From Eledone cirrhosa (lineage: Eukaryota): 64,000 nt of DNA. Location: the NCBI GenBank assembly GCA_964016885.1, contig OZ024740.1, positions 319,424,001 through 319,488,000 on the forward strand. Reading direction: 5' to 3'. Under the pieces are notes generated by a model. That model was not told where the DNA came from. It did not search any database and saw nothing but the letters and a program-made list of their open reading frames with translations. Numbering within the stretch: position 1 is the first letter of the stretch; each line of letters begins with the position of its first letter. Positions 46,001 through 59,699 of the stretch are shown here, in pieces. The translations under genes were made by a program, and so were the position numbers.

Positions 46001-48920
46001 CAACAACACCAACACCAACTCCAGCACCAACACCAACACAAACACCAACACCAACACCAACACCAACAATAAGAACATCAATAACAACACCAACACCAAC
46101 AACACCAACACCAACTCCAGCACCAACACCAACACAAACACCAATACCAACACCAACACCAACACAGACACAAACACCAAAACCAGCAACAACACCAACA
46201 CCAACAACACCAACACGAACACCAACACCAACACCAACACCAGCACCAAGACCAACACCAACACCAACACCAACACCAACAACACCAACACCAACACCAA
46301 CACCAACACCAGCACGAACACAAACACCAACACCAACACCAACACCAACACCAACACCAACACCAACACCAGCACCAGCACCAACACCAACACGAACAAC
46401 ACCAACACCAACACCAACACCAAAACCAGCACCAACACCAACACCAACAACAACAACAACTTTACCAACACCAACACCAACACCTACACCAACACCAACA
46501 CCCACAGCACCAACACCACCACCAATACCGACACCAACACCAACAACACCAACACCAACACCGACACCAACACCAACACCAACACCAACACCAACAACAC
46601 CAACACCAACATCAAAACCAGCACCAGCACCAACACCAACATTAAAAACAACAATACCAACACCAACACCTACACCAACACCAACAACAACAACACCAAC
46701 ACCAACACTAACACCAACACCAACACCAACAACACCAACACCACCACCAACACCAACACCGACACCAACAACAACAACACCAACACCAACACCGACACTA
46801 ACACCAACACCAACACCAACAACACCAACACCAACACCAAAACCAGGACCAACACCAACACCAACAATAAGAACAACAATACCAACAGCAACACCAACAC
46901 CTACACCAACACCAACACCAACACCAGCACCAACACAAACACCAACACCAACACCAACACCAACACCAACACCAACACCAGCACCAACACCAACACCAAC
47001 ACCAACACCAACAACACCAAGACCAACACCAACACCAAAACCAGCACCAACACCAACACCAACACCAACACCTACACCAACACCAACACCAAGACCACCA
47101 GCACCAACACCACCACCAACACCAACACCAACACCAACAACAACAACACCAACACCAACACCGACACCAACACCAACACCAACACCAACACCTACACCAA
47201 CACCAACACCAACACCAACAACACCAACACCACCACCAACACCAACACCGACACCAACAACAACAACACCAACACCAACACCGACACCAACACCAACACC
47301 AACACCAACAACACCAACACCAACACCAAAACCAGGACCAACACCAACACCAACAATAAGAACAACAATAACAACACCAACACCAACACCTACACCAACA
47401 CCAACACCACCAGCACCAACAACACCAACAACAACACCAACAACAACAACAACACCAACACCAACAACAACACCAACAACAACACCAACACCACTACCAA
47501 CACCACCAACACCAACAACACCAACCCCACCACCAACAACAACAACACCAACACCAACACCAACACCAACACCAACAACACCAACACCACCACCAACAAC
47601 ACCACCAACAACACCAACACCGACACCAACAACAACAACACCAACACCAACACCAACAACACCAACACCAACACAAACACCGACACCAACAACCACAACA
47701 CCAACATCAACACCGACACCAACACCAACAACACCAACACCACCACCAACACCAACACCGACAACAACACCACCAACACCAACACCCACACCAACAACAA
47801 CAACACCAACACCAACACCAACACCACCACCAACACCAACACCAACAACAACACCAACACCAACACCAACACCACCACCAACACCAACAACAACAACACC
47901 ACCACCAACAGCAACACCGACACCAACAACAACAACACCAACACCAACACAAACACCAACAACAACAACCTCAACACCAACAACAACAACACCAACACCA
48001 ACACCACCACCAACACCAACACCGACACCAACAACACCAACACCAACACCAACACCAACAACACCAACACCAGCACCAACACCAGCACCACCACCAACAC
48101 CAACACCAACACCAACACCGACACCAACACCACCAACAACAACAACACCACCAACACCAACACCGACACCAACAACAACAACACCAACACCAACACCAAC
48201 AGAAACACCAACAACAACAACACCAACACCAACACCACCACCAACACCAACACCGACTTCAACAACAACAACACCAACACCAACACCAACACCAACACCA
48301 ACAACACCAACACCACCACCAACACCAACACCGACACCAACAACAACAACACCAACACCAACACCAACAACACCAACACCACCACCAACACCAACACCGA
48401 CACCAACACCAACAACAACAAGACTAACACCGACACCAACAACAACAACCCCAACACCAACACCAACACCAATACCAACACCAACAACACCAACACCACT
48501 ACCAACACCACCAACAACACCAACAACAACACCAACAACAACACCAACAACAACAACAACACCAACACCAACACAAACACCAACACCAACACCAACAACA
48601 CCAACACCACCAACAACACTAACACCGACACCAACAATAACAACACCAACACCAACACCGACACCAACAACAACAACACCACCAACAACAACACCACCAC
48701 CACCACCAACAACAACACCAACGCCAACAACAACAACAACAACAACGAAAACGACAACACAAACACCACCAACAACAACAACGAAAACAACAACACCAAC
48801 GTCACCACCAACACCAACACCAACAACACCACCACCACCACCAACACAAACACCACCACCACCACCAACTGCAGCAGTTCTATTAACCACAACTAACACT
48901 AACAACAATAATAACAATAA
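28080..48920. repeat. ~20-kb cryptically simple satellite built on ACCAAC/CAA/CAC/CAG words with higher-order duplications
   Basis: Plus strand is almost entirely A and C; the same rare words recur, e.g. 705-bp duplication 42422 vs 43127. Confidence 0.95.
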
Positions 48921-49147
48921 CAGTAATAAACACATTAACTTTCGTTCATTATAATTGACCAGACACTATCATTCTCTGCATGATTTCTGTGAAGAAAAAA
49001 TTATTTTCAAAATGTCCATTTAATGGAATAAATGACCAACAAGTGCTCTGTAAAACCAAACAAATCTTAAAATAAAAACAACTTCCAAGTGTTACTTTAA
49101 AGGACAAAGAAATGTCTTTTAACACAAAGTGGTACCATTTCCTTTCT

Positions 49148-49340
49148 GAGTTGGTGGATTGGCAGTATCGGTAGAGGGTCGAACGTCATGCTTTGACGCA
49201 TAGAGTTACGGCCTTTGCCTTTCTGAGTTCAAATCTCCCCGAGGTTAACTTTGCCTTTCATCCTTACGGGGTCGATAAAATAAAGTACCAGTAATGTACT
49301 GGATATTTGCTGGCCTCGTGCCAAAAGTAGAAACAATTAT
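49148..49340 (+). mobile_element. SINE
   Basis: Same family as 24275-24463. Confidence 0.8.
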
Positions 49341-49367
49341 TTCCTTTCTGTTTTTGTTTCTCATTTA

Positions 49368-49526
49368 CCCTATTTTCCGCTTCGTTCTCGAGGACGGACC
49401 CTAAATTTGACAACCAAAAATAAAAAAAAATAATAATAAACAACTTTCGGCCTCCAGGACGCATGGTAGATTTTTTTTAGACTTATTTTAGGAAAAAAGT
49501 AGCGTCTTCGACGCCGGGAAATACGG
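49368..49526. mobile_element. Possible pogo/Tc1-type MITE
   Basis: ta|ccctattttccg ... ccgggaaatacgg|ta imperfect TIRs with TA flanks. Confidence 0.4.
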
Positions 49527-50104
49527 TATATATTACTATCAATTCTACTCGACGTTGAGTGGGATTATTGATATTATTTTAGGCACAATATCAGCAAATT
49601 TGGAGGGAGGGCAAAGTTAATTAAACCAAAATAAGTACATAACTGGTACTTTATTTTGTCGACGTCAGAAAGACCTAGAACAAATACCACAATGACATTT
49701 TATTCAACGCAACTAAGTTTGCCAATCCACCAGATTGGGATTCTAAAATCTGTCTCGAGCCCGGAGACTCCACAGGCCGGTGTTTATACCGGCTTCCGTG
49801 GCGAGAAGCGATCGAGAGCAGAGTTGGATTTAGACATTGGAGTGCCGGGGAGCACTTCAGGTTTGGTGGGGTGCCCTCATACACAAAAAAAAAAATTAAA
49901 ACACACAGCAAACCCCTCAATTTTACATATCAAAATTAGCTTGGAGCAAGTAATTGGAATTGAAATGTTATATATACAAAATTCAAACAAATCTAACCAT
50001 CTTAAAACTAAAAAGCCCAGCTGATGGCACAAATAAATTGCTACGATCATCACTGCTGGGCGCCCGGGGAAATTCCCCCCCCCCCATTAAATTCAGCCCT
50101 GACT

Positions 50105-50310
50105 GAGAGTACAAACTCCCCCTTGGACAGGACACCAGTCCATCACAGGGATAAACCCCACAAGCTATTGCTGGTACCCAGCTGAGTTTACTGGAACAAC
50201 GTGATATGAAGTGTTTTATTCAAGAACACAACACACAACCCAGTTCAGGAATCGAAACCACGAATTTATAATTATAAAGTCCAGTACCCTTACCACTAAG
50301 CCACGCGTCA
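50105..50310 (-). mobile_element. tRNA-derived SINE
   Basis: Minus strand cgcgtggcttagtggtaagggt...gtggtttcgattcc (A and B boxes). Confidence 0.6.
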
Positions 50311-50324
50311 CCAGAATGAGATTA

Positions 50325-50620
50325 TCTATATATCTAAAACAGAGAATGTTTGTCTGTCTGTCTGACTCCCTAAAACTCGAGAACCACCCAACCGACTGTT
50401 TTCAAATTTTAGACATGTAATACTTATGGTCCTGTGAGTGTTTCGAGCAAAAGATATTTCAAATTTTCAATGCCCTAGCGACCGCATTAGCTGATTTATA
50501 ATTTTATAATCTCTCTATAATTCTTAGTCTTTCTTTTTAGATAGATACATAGATATAACGTTGCGCCCTTATAATATTTGTCTGTATGCCTGGCTGTCTG
50601 CATTACGACATTATGACGCT

Positions 50621-50651
<31 letters not shown>

Positions 50652-50680
50652 ATATATATAGTGTGTGTGTGTATATATAT

Positions 50681-50712
<32 letters not shown>

Positions 50713-50823
50713 GTGTGTAACGTTTTTCGAAATATTTACTTCTCTGTTCACAGATTGATTTTTTTAGTTTCAGAAGATCCGGTTAAGGTGAAAGCAGCGA
50801 TTCTTTGCTTAAACTTTAATCTG

Positions 50824-50892
<69 letters not shown>

Positions 50893-51859
50893 TATATTCG
50901 TGTACAGATATTTTTGCATACACAATAACAAAATATAAACAAAAGTATTTATTTCGCGATAAAGTATTGATTTTCTTCGCACGGAAAAAAATCCTGATAA
51001 TCTACGACGAATTTTTTTTTATAAGCACAAAACGTAGACACCATCCCGAGGCTGAAGTATTCCGTACTTCTCTGTATTGTTTCAGAAAGGAGGGATAAAC
51101 ATGCCAATCTATGTTTAGAATCCCGAGAAATAACAGGCCATTCTGCTAGTCTATATATCTAAAACAGAGAACGTCTGTCTGATTCCCTAAAACTCGGGAA
51201 CCATCCAACCGATTTTTTTCAAACTTTACACATGTAATATTTATGGTTGTCCGAGTGTTTTGAGCAAAGAATATTTCAAATTTTCAATGCTCTAGGGACG
51301 CACTAGGCGAAAAACCGCATATTTTAGGCTTTAAAGGCTTTTTTGATGTATAACGGTATAACAATAATCCAGGCGAATTCTTCAAAATTTGCATTACTTA
51401 TGTCCTTTAAAGTGTTTTGAGCAAAAGAGATTTTCTCATTTTTTGCCCCATTAGGCGAAAAAACGATTTTTAAAAGCATTTTGGTTGCGTTAGGTCCTGT
51501 AACCTTAAAAGTATCCAACTAAATTCCTTCATGCTCTCCACCACTGCAGTCCCACATGCTTACTGCTCTGTAACTATCGCTTTCATTGTACCATAGCACA
51601 ACACATACATGTTCGATTTGTCGAATGCCTTTTTACTTAACCCTATCGTCTTGGCTTTCGTGGGTTGAACATTTTACTCTCAGGCACCCAATTAAGTTAA
51701 ACCTCTGGTAATCTACGACGAATTGTTTTTAGAAGCACAACATGTAGACACCATCTCCAGGCTGAGGTATTCCGTACTTCTCTGTACTGTTTCAAAAAGG
51801 AGGGATAAACATGCCAATCTATGTTTAGAATCCCGAGTAACGCCGGGCCATTCTGCTAG
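50325..51859 (+). mobile_element. Head-to-tail pair of non-autonomous Helitrons (50325-51149 and 51150-51859)
   Basis: A|TCtatatatctaaaac start, subterminal cccgagtaacgccggg hairpin, CTAG|T end; internal junction CTAG|TC at 51149/51150. Confidence 0.82.
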
Positions 51860-52454
51860 TTAATATCTAAAATAAATACAATCACATAAATTCATTATAA
51901 TTCAGATAAACAGTTCTAAAAAAAACAATAAAGCGAAAATTTCTGTTGGTTGGGGATCGTCAATACACTCAGGATAATTGCGTCTCCGCCATTGAGAAGA
52001 TAGTCGAAACTGCGCTTCATGAAAATGTACAAAATATTAACAAATATAGAACAAAGAATAAACAAACAACGAGTCATGGAAATTGCTGGATTAACGCATT
52101 TCACTTCATTCCAGCTGCTTATGTATTTGGAAAACATAAACATATTTCCTCACTTGTAACTTGTCTTAGAATACAAGGTATTTGTGTCGATCGAAAAGAA
52201 AATAGTGTTTTTGTCACATACATGAATATTGGAACGTTTTTTAAAACTAATCAATAAATAGTGGTTAGTTGAAAGTTAGCTCTGATCAAGCCGACCTACA
52301 ATGAAAGAAGTCCCATCAATTTTGTTTTTAGTCTACATTATACAACGTGTCCCTTTTTTTAACGAAAAGTACCAGGAATAGCTGGGGGCTAAAACTCTAC
52401 GATGGACTGCTATTTCTAGCTGGTAGGATGACCACATGTACTAAATTGATTTAT

Positions 52455-52640
52455 AAGATTTGCGAGTTGGAATGGCTATTTCAATACGTCTCCCTTGCTG
52501 TCCTCCGGGGAAACGCTTTCTCTATTCTATTCGCTGTGACCATGAAGTGGCACATGCCTGGAGTTCTCCGTTTCGTTGAGGCAGAGTAGACGAATGGGTG
52601 AGGGTGGATTGATTCGGGCTGTTCCAGTTGTTCACTACAT
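52455..52640 (+). mobile_element. 3' fragment of a CRE-like retrotransposon
   Basis: CELEWLFQYVSLAVLRGNAFSIL matches CELEWLLQCISLAVLRGNAFSIL at 61834-62031. Confidence 0.75.
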
Positions 52641-52794
52641 ACACACATACATAGTTAAGTCATATCTTTCAACATCACACAGTACTACATATACTAGATT
52701 ATGCTGAAACATGCTACGACTTAGCACATACCCTCATAGCCGTGTTCCATATCATTCAGAATTTAGAAAGATGTGGCATATAATCATGCAATAG

Positions 52795-53395
52795 CTTCTT
52801 CTTCTCCTTCATCTTCCCCTTCACTTCCTCGCACTTCTTCCTGCGAGAGTCGTGAGTGCAGAGTCCTCAAGCACGTTTTCCAACTGTCTCCAATTGATCT
52901 GGCTGGATCCCCAAGTGAGACCAGCCAAGCTCATGGATGTTATCCAACCAACTTGCTCGAAGTTCACTCCTGAGACTCCTGCCAGTTGGTTTTGCCCCAG
53001 AGTTGTGATCCCTCAATTCGGAGAAGTAGCGGTTCAACCTGGAGTGACTCTCTAATCTCCGAGATACTCTCTGGTGTAATTAACATTACACCAAAGACCC
53101 TTTGGAGGAACCCCATTTCGACCGCTTGTAAATGTGATCGTATTCTTTCGGTCATTACCCAAGATTCAGGACTATAGGTAAGGGTGGGTACGAATACAAA
53201 ATCGAAGATAGTGAGTTTAGCTTTTACACCTACCTCCCTTCGTCTGATTACCGAATGCAGAAGCTGGGCATTACTACATCAGCTACTGCCATTCTTGCAC
53301 TTAATTCAACCTCCAAACTTCCATCACTCACGAAAACGACTCTAAGATACTTGAACTTCTCCACTTGCTCAATGGACCCCACTCAGATGAGCTGT
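52795..53395 (-). mobile_element. 3' fragment of an RTE-type LINE
   Basis: EQVEKFKYL...; LQAVEMGFLQRV...EIRESLQVEPLLLRIE; GAA-repeat tail. Confidence 0.75.
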
Positions 53396-54206
53396 TCAGT
53401 TAGAAAACGGGTCGCAGGTGGCGTATAGCAATACGGCCACCCAACATAATCATTAGGATTCCTTCGTAACATATTTCAGAATACTATATTATTCCACTCT
53501 TTACTTTATCATATAACGTACACTGTATACCATTGAATAGCATGAAATTATCGTGAAACGCCATAGAATATTACACCTGCCTTGCAATACCTGCCGAAGT
53601 CAACTTTGCCTTTCATCCTTCTGGGGTTGGTAAAATATGTACCAGTCAGGTTGATTTAATCAAATTTATCTTTCTTCAAAATTTCCTGACCTTGGGGCCT
53701 AAGTTAAAAATCAATATATCATTCTAAGGTTACTTTAGTTTATAACATATTTTGGAATATCACATTATTCTACATTGCGCTACACAATATAACGAACACA
53801 CTAAACCAACGTTTATCAACCGGTGTTCCCCAGAACACTAGGGTTCCACAGAAAGAGGTCACTAAGGGTTCTGCGAGAAATAGTGATAAATAAGCTAATG
53901 CATATTTAAGTAATTTTTGTTTAATGTTATATTCGTAATTTTACTATATAACTAAACCACCCATCACCTGTTAGGTCACGTTCACTTCAAAATATTTTTA
54001 AAAAATCATGTTCACTTAAAAATAGTTTTAAATAATTAAAATATATACAGACATGTAAATAATGTGAAATGAAACTGGAAGGCCTATATATTTATACGTG
54101 TGTGTATGTATATATATATAAATGTGTGCGTGTGTGTGTATATACATATATATATGTATGTGTGTGTGTATATATAAGCAAGCAATCGCAGAGTTTTAGT
54201 AATATA

Positions 54207-54240
54207 CTAGACCGCCGCCCGTGACCCGTTGGGTCATGTT
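54207..54240 (-). mobile_element. Helitron 3' terminus
   Basis: Minus strand tgaccc-aac-gggtca hairpin followed by ...ggtCTAG|T. Confidence 0.6.
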
Positions 54241-54462
54241 CACTTAAAAATAATTTTTAAATAATTAAAATATACACAAAATGTATATAATGTAAAATGA
54301 CATTGGAAAGCCAATATATATATATATATATATGGAAAGTTATATTTAAATTGTTGGGTTACAACTAGTAAATATTAATAACTGATATAAAAGCACTCGA
54401 CAAGTATTTGGAGTATATTTACGATATTAAATAAATGGAAACTATATTTATAAAACCATATT

Positions 54463-54528
54463 TATTTCATTATATATATTTCAGGGATATCATATTAACA
54501 ATATGCTATGCCTTCCTCAGACAAAATA
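54463..54528 (-). ncRNA. Minimal type I hammerhead ribozyme
   Basis: Reverse complement of 57179-57244. Confidence 0.7.
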
Positions 54529-57178
54529 CAATATAAACAGTTTTATAGATAAATAGATTTGACATACCGTACAACATCGACTTGTATTTGAAAAGTTGAA
54601 TTGGCAGTGAAAAAATTGTAGACAGAAAGAAAGAAAGAGAGAAAAAAGGAAAGAAAGACAGAAAACGAAGAAAAAGAAGAAAAAGAAGAAATGCATGGAA
54701 CAAAATAGAGAGATGGAAAGATAGATAAAGAGAAGAACTTCATGTAAAGAAACAGAGAGAGATATATATAGAGAGAGGAAATAGATAGAGATAGATACAT
54801 ACATAGAAAAATATGTAGTTGGACATCCGTTGAGTAAACGTATCAATGATACATTTATTTATTTATTTATTTAATTAGCTCTAGTATTAATGTAAGGGAG
54901 ATATATGTGGTTAGGAGAGAAACCAGCTGTTATATAGAGAGAAAAAATGAAAAGTAACCAGACATAGGCGAGGCATAAAAACCCTATGTTTTAATGTAGA
55001 AGTATTAATATGTATAAAAAATATGTATAAAAACCAGGCACTATATTGAAAATATCAGTATTCCTGAATGAGACACGTATCCATAATGTATGAAAAGTAA
55101 TGATCTTATGTTTAGTTTTAAAAAATTCATATGTTTATATGATAACTACAAACATCGATGTGAATTTACATGATCAACTCTGCAAACCCTAAGTTCACAC
55201 GGAAAACATTCTCATTGTGCTATAAAAATTTAAGTATACACATATGTGTATATATATACACATATATATATAGAGTCTATATTACTACTATTCTTGTCTT
55301 TACTCTACAAGATTATCTATCAAGCAGAAATAGAGAGCAGATTTCAATATATTAATAAAAAATATATCAGAAATAAAAACCAAAAAACAACAATAATAAT
55401 AATAATAATAATAAATAAATAATAATAAAATAGAAAACTAAAAAATATTACGAAAAAAATATTACATATTAAAAATATTACATATTAAAAATAAAAATAT
55501 TAGAAAATACTACAATAATAAAAATAAAAATAAACCACAAAGATCAACCCTTCAAAATTAATTGACAATATATTGCCAAGTTCATTATAAGCATCAGAGT
55601 CGAAAACAGATAAAGCTAAAAATTATTTATCAAATCGCATCTAGCAAAAATCATTTCAAAAAGTTTAGGATGCCCATTTGGTCTACATGTGTTCTTATAT
55701 TTAATATAGAAGTTTATCTAGTGTAACGTTTATTCGAAATATTTGGAGCATCAACTTGTAGGGTAGTTTAATTTTCCATGAAGAATGTTTAAATAAAAAT
55801 AAAAATAAAAAGAAGAATAAAAAGAAGAAATCGAAAGATTTATCGGCTAGTTTCCCAAATAATTATAAATCAAACTAAATATACTACATTTTAAATTTAA
55901 ATTTATATTTAAAAGTTGAGTTTAATCTATGTCTGCAGCAACTGAATAAAAGTTGATGCTCCAAATATTTCGAATAAACGTTACACTAGATAAACTTCTA
56001 TATTAAATATAAGAACACATGTAGACCAAATGGGCATCCTAAACTTTTTGAAATGATTTTTGCTAGATGCGATTTGATAAATAATTTTTAGCTTTATCTG
56101 TTTTCGACTCTGATGCTTATAATGAACTTGGCAATATATTGTCAATTAATTTTGAAGGGTTGATCTTTGTGGTTTATTTTTATTTTTATTATTGTAGTAT
56201 TTTCTAATATTTTTATTTTTAATATGTAATATTTTTAATATGTAATATTTTTTTCGTAATATTTTTTAGTTTTCTATTTTATTATTATTTATTTATTATT
56301 ATTATTATTATTATTGTTGTTTTTTGGTTTTTATTTCTGATATATTTTTTATTAATATATTGAAATCTGCTCTCTATTTCTGCTTGATAGATAATCTTGT
56401 AGAGTAAAGACAAGAATAGTAGTAATATAGACTCTATATATATATGTGTATATATATACACATATGTGTATACTTAAATTTTTATAGCACAATGAGAATG
56501 TTTTCCGTGTGAACTTAGGGTTTGCAGAGTTGATCATGTAAATTCACATCGATGTTTGTAGTTATCATATAAACATATGAATTTTTTAAAACTAAACATA
56601 AGATCATTACTTTTCACACATTATGGATACGTGTCTCATTCAGGAATACTGATATTTTCAATATAGTGCCTGGTTTTTATACATATTTTTTATACATATT
56701 AATACTTCTACATTAAAACATAGGGTTTTTATGCCTCGCCTATGTCTGGTTACTTTTCATTTTTCTCTCTATATAACAGCTGGTTTCTCTCCTAACCACA
56801 TATATCTCCCTTACATTAATACTAGAGCTAAATAAATAAATAAATAAATAAATGTATCATTGATACGTTTACTCAACGGATGTCCAACTACATATTTTTC
56901 TATGTATGTATCTATCCCTATCTATTTCCTCTCTCTATATATATCTCTCTCTGTTTCTTTACATGAAGTTCTTCTCTTTATCTATCTTTCCATCTCTCTA
57001 TTTTGTTCCATGCATTTCTTCTTTTTCTTCTTTTTCTTCGTTTTCTGTCTTTCTTTCCTTTTTTCTCTCTTTCTTTCTTTCTGTCTACAAATTTTTTCAC
57101 TGCCAATTCAACTTTTCAAATACAAGTCGATGTTGTACGGTATATCAAATCTATTTATCTATAAAACTGTTTATATTG

Positions 57179-57244
57179 TATTTTGTCTGAGGAAGGCATA
57201 GCATATTGTTAATATGATATCCCTGAAATATATATAATGAAATA
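57179..57244 (+). ncRNA. Minimal type I hammerhead ribozyme
   Basis: Stem I tattttgt/atgaaata; CTGAGGA 57187-57193; stem II agg-c-ata-g-catatt-gtt-aatatg-a-tat-c-cct; GAAA 57225-57228; palindromic ATATATAT stem III; A17 at 57236. Confidence 0.7.
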
Positions 57245-57284
57245 AATATGGTTTTATAAATATAGTTTCCATTTACTTAATATC

Positions 57285-57322
<38 letters not shown>

Positions 57323-57551
57323 GTGTGTGTGTATATGTACGTGTATATATATATATGTGTGTGTTTGTGTGTGTGGGTGTCTGTGGCCTATATACACTGG
57401 TTACAGACACACACACATACATCCTGTCCTAACACAAGTTATAAGATACATATAACTTAATATTCAGTCACCAAATTCAAGCTAGATACAGTAATGCTGT
57501 GTTCAATTCTTTGAAGTCACCTGTCATAATTTCATTCAACAACACCACCAG

Positions 57552-57630
<79 letters not shown>
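57552..57630. repeat. (CT)n microsatellite
   Basis: Directly visible. Confidence 0.95.
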
Positions 57631-57634
<4 letters not shown>

Positions 57635-58069
57635 ACTATCTGCGTTTGTATTCACATTTCAATGGTACCTTACTTTCAAAGAATGTTCCCATTATGCGCT
57701 GATTTGGCTATTTATAAAGGTACCCGTATAAAACCGCGTATCTCGGGAACCCGTGGTCCGATTTACGTGAAACTTGTCTTTTCACTGTATTATTCACAAG
57801 TATTTTCACAAAGAAAATATCAAATCATTTTTCACTAATAGCTATCCAATCACTCCACTTCAAAATTCTTTTTTTTATATCTCTATGGATGCTTGACTGT
57901 TTGTTCTGAAAGATTTTTCTGCTTAAAAAGCTGCAATGTTAATGAAAAGCTGGTTTTATTTACAAAAATTTGAAAGAAATTATTCTTACTTGCCTTAGTT
58001 TTTCCTTTTCCTTTCATTTTCTGACGTCAGAATCAACATTTTCTCATATTTACGCTGTTACAGTTTGTT

Positions 58070-59690
58070 CAAAAGAATGCTTTTGATGACAACATTCTTA
58101 GTTGACTGGGTATCCTTCAGAAACACTCTGATATTTTCTTTTCGTTTTCCGCGGCTAACGGCTACATACAGTTGACCGTGTTGGAATACAGGTCGTTCCA
58201 GATAAACTAAGACGTTTTCCATAGTTTGTCCTTGTCCTGACTAGGAGTAGGAAGCTGTCATTCCCTGACGTTATCTCTAGGGATACGGGAATCAGCAGAC
58301 AGGACCTTGGGGCAGCGTTGGGGGACAGGGGATTCTGGGGCATGAGAGTGAGATCCATCATCTCGATAGTAGTCGACGAGTGATGATGATGATGATTAGT
58401 CATAGCGAAGCACGATTGAACTGGGAATTGGCTTCGCTGCAAAGGGATATCCTCACCTTCGGATAGACTAATTCTTATTCTAGGTATCATAACGATCTCA
58501 TTTCTGAAAGCAGCAGTGTTGATTCTTGCTACTATGAGATTGTCGTGCAGTTCTTCCACGATCATGCGCGTTCCATTACAACGCCTTGGAGGATTCAAGT
58601 TTTTCATAAGATTTATTGGCGATCCTTTTTTCAATTCCAGGTTATGTGGTGGCAGTCCTGATAGTTCAACCGAATCAAGGAATTCAGTCGGGAAATGAGT
58701 GGCATTGGCACCATCACTCACAGAATTATAGGATCGGTACACTTTTATGGTTCCAGGGAAGCGTCTGATACAGGTGGAATTGATGCTTCTCATCATTTCA
58801 TTGAGAGGTACTAAGATGCAATTGTTCGAAAACACTTCAGCTGGATTGTCGAATGAGGGGTAGATGAAATCAATACATTCTTCCATAGTTGTTGCTTGGA
58901 GAACCATTTCTTTTGGCAAAATAATTTCCTCATTTTCAGTTTTTTTAATCTTATCTTCTCCAATATCTAATAGGAACTGTGAATAGTCTCCTGCTCCCCC
59001 ACCCAATCGCATGTTTGTCTTCAACTGAAATCTTTTGAAGCTTCGCCATAAGTTTCACCATGAAAAAGCATTGTATGACAACAGACACAGATCCTATTCA
59101 TCTGTCCAATATCAGCAGAGAGGTCACGTCGTTGAACTGTCCTTGCTCTATCCCTAATGGTTTGTTGGCAAATACGTTCAGTTCTCCGAGCGTCTGATTC
59201 ATGATCTCTCCTTTTTCTGTCTCTTTCCCTCTGTTCCTCCTGACGCTCAGCTCTCCGACCATCCGATTCATTATCTCTCCTTCTTCTGTCTCTTTCCCTC
59301 TATTCCGCCAGACGCTCAGCTCTCCTACCATCCGATTCATGATCTCTCCTTTTTCTGTCTCTTTCCCTCCGTTCCGCTAGATGCTCAGCTCTCCGACCAT
59401 CCGATTCATTATCTCTCCTTCTTCTGTCTCTTTCCCTCTGTTCCGCCAGACGCTCAGCTCTCCGACCATCCGATTCATGATCTCTCCTGCTTCTGTCTCT
59501 TTCCCTCTGTTCCGCCAGACGCGCAGCCCTTGCTTTATCAGTCTCATTGATCCTTCTATTCGCATGCCTGTCCCGATCTTGTTGGGCGTTGACCACTATC
59601 TTGCTCACCTTCTTCAGCTCTCCTTAGCCGTGCTTTCTTTCCACTATCAATAGACCAACCAGATGTTTTCTTTCTTCCCTCTCGAGGCAT
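58070..59690 (-). pseudogene. Helitron Rep/Hel remnant: N-terminal 23-aa STPR-like repeats joined by a large deletion to the C-terminal PIF1-type helicase
   Basis: RRAERLAEQRERDR repeats (69 bp); KTNMRL, LPPHNLELKKGSP...CNGTR, IPRI, SQFPVQSCFAMT, and PVFQHGQLYVAVSR after an insertion. Confidence 0.85.
58215..58395 (+). mobile_element. LINE (RTE-like) 3' tip with a (TGA)n tail inserted in the helicase
   Basis: Interrupts the helicase between FAMT and HGQLYVA; reads FPDVISRDTGISRQDLGAALGDR and ends tgatgatgatgatgat. Confidence 0.6.
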
Positions 59691-59699
59691 TATTTAAGA

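Larger units (their letters stand above)
54333..57285. mobile_element. Non-coding PLE-type insertion: ~1.34-kb inverted arms (54421-55757 and 55950-57285) with an HHR near each outer end
   Basis: Arms near-identical in reverse complement; ~190-bp spacer; (TA)n on both flanks. Confidence 0.8.

Noticed and set aside
28545-48935. Giant Val-Gly, Leu-Val and Trp-Cys ORFs; interstitial telomere
   Set aside because: Stop-free by composition; the repeat is not TTAGGG and is highly heterogeneous
58155-59024. Host PIF1 helicase gene with a poly-His tail
   Set aside because: Intronless, lacks the N-terminal helicase motifs, is linked to Helitron N-terminal repeats, and the His run is the antisense (TGA)n tail of an inserted LINE tip
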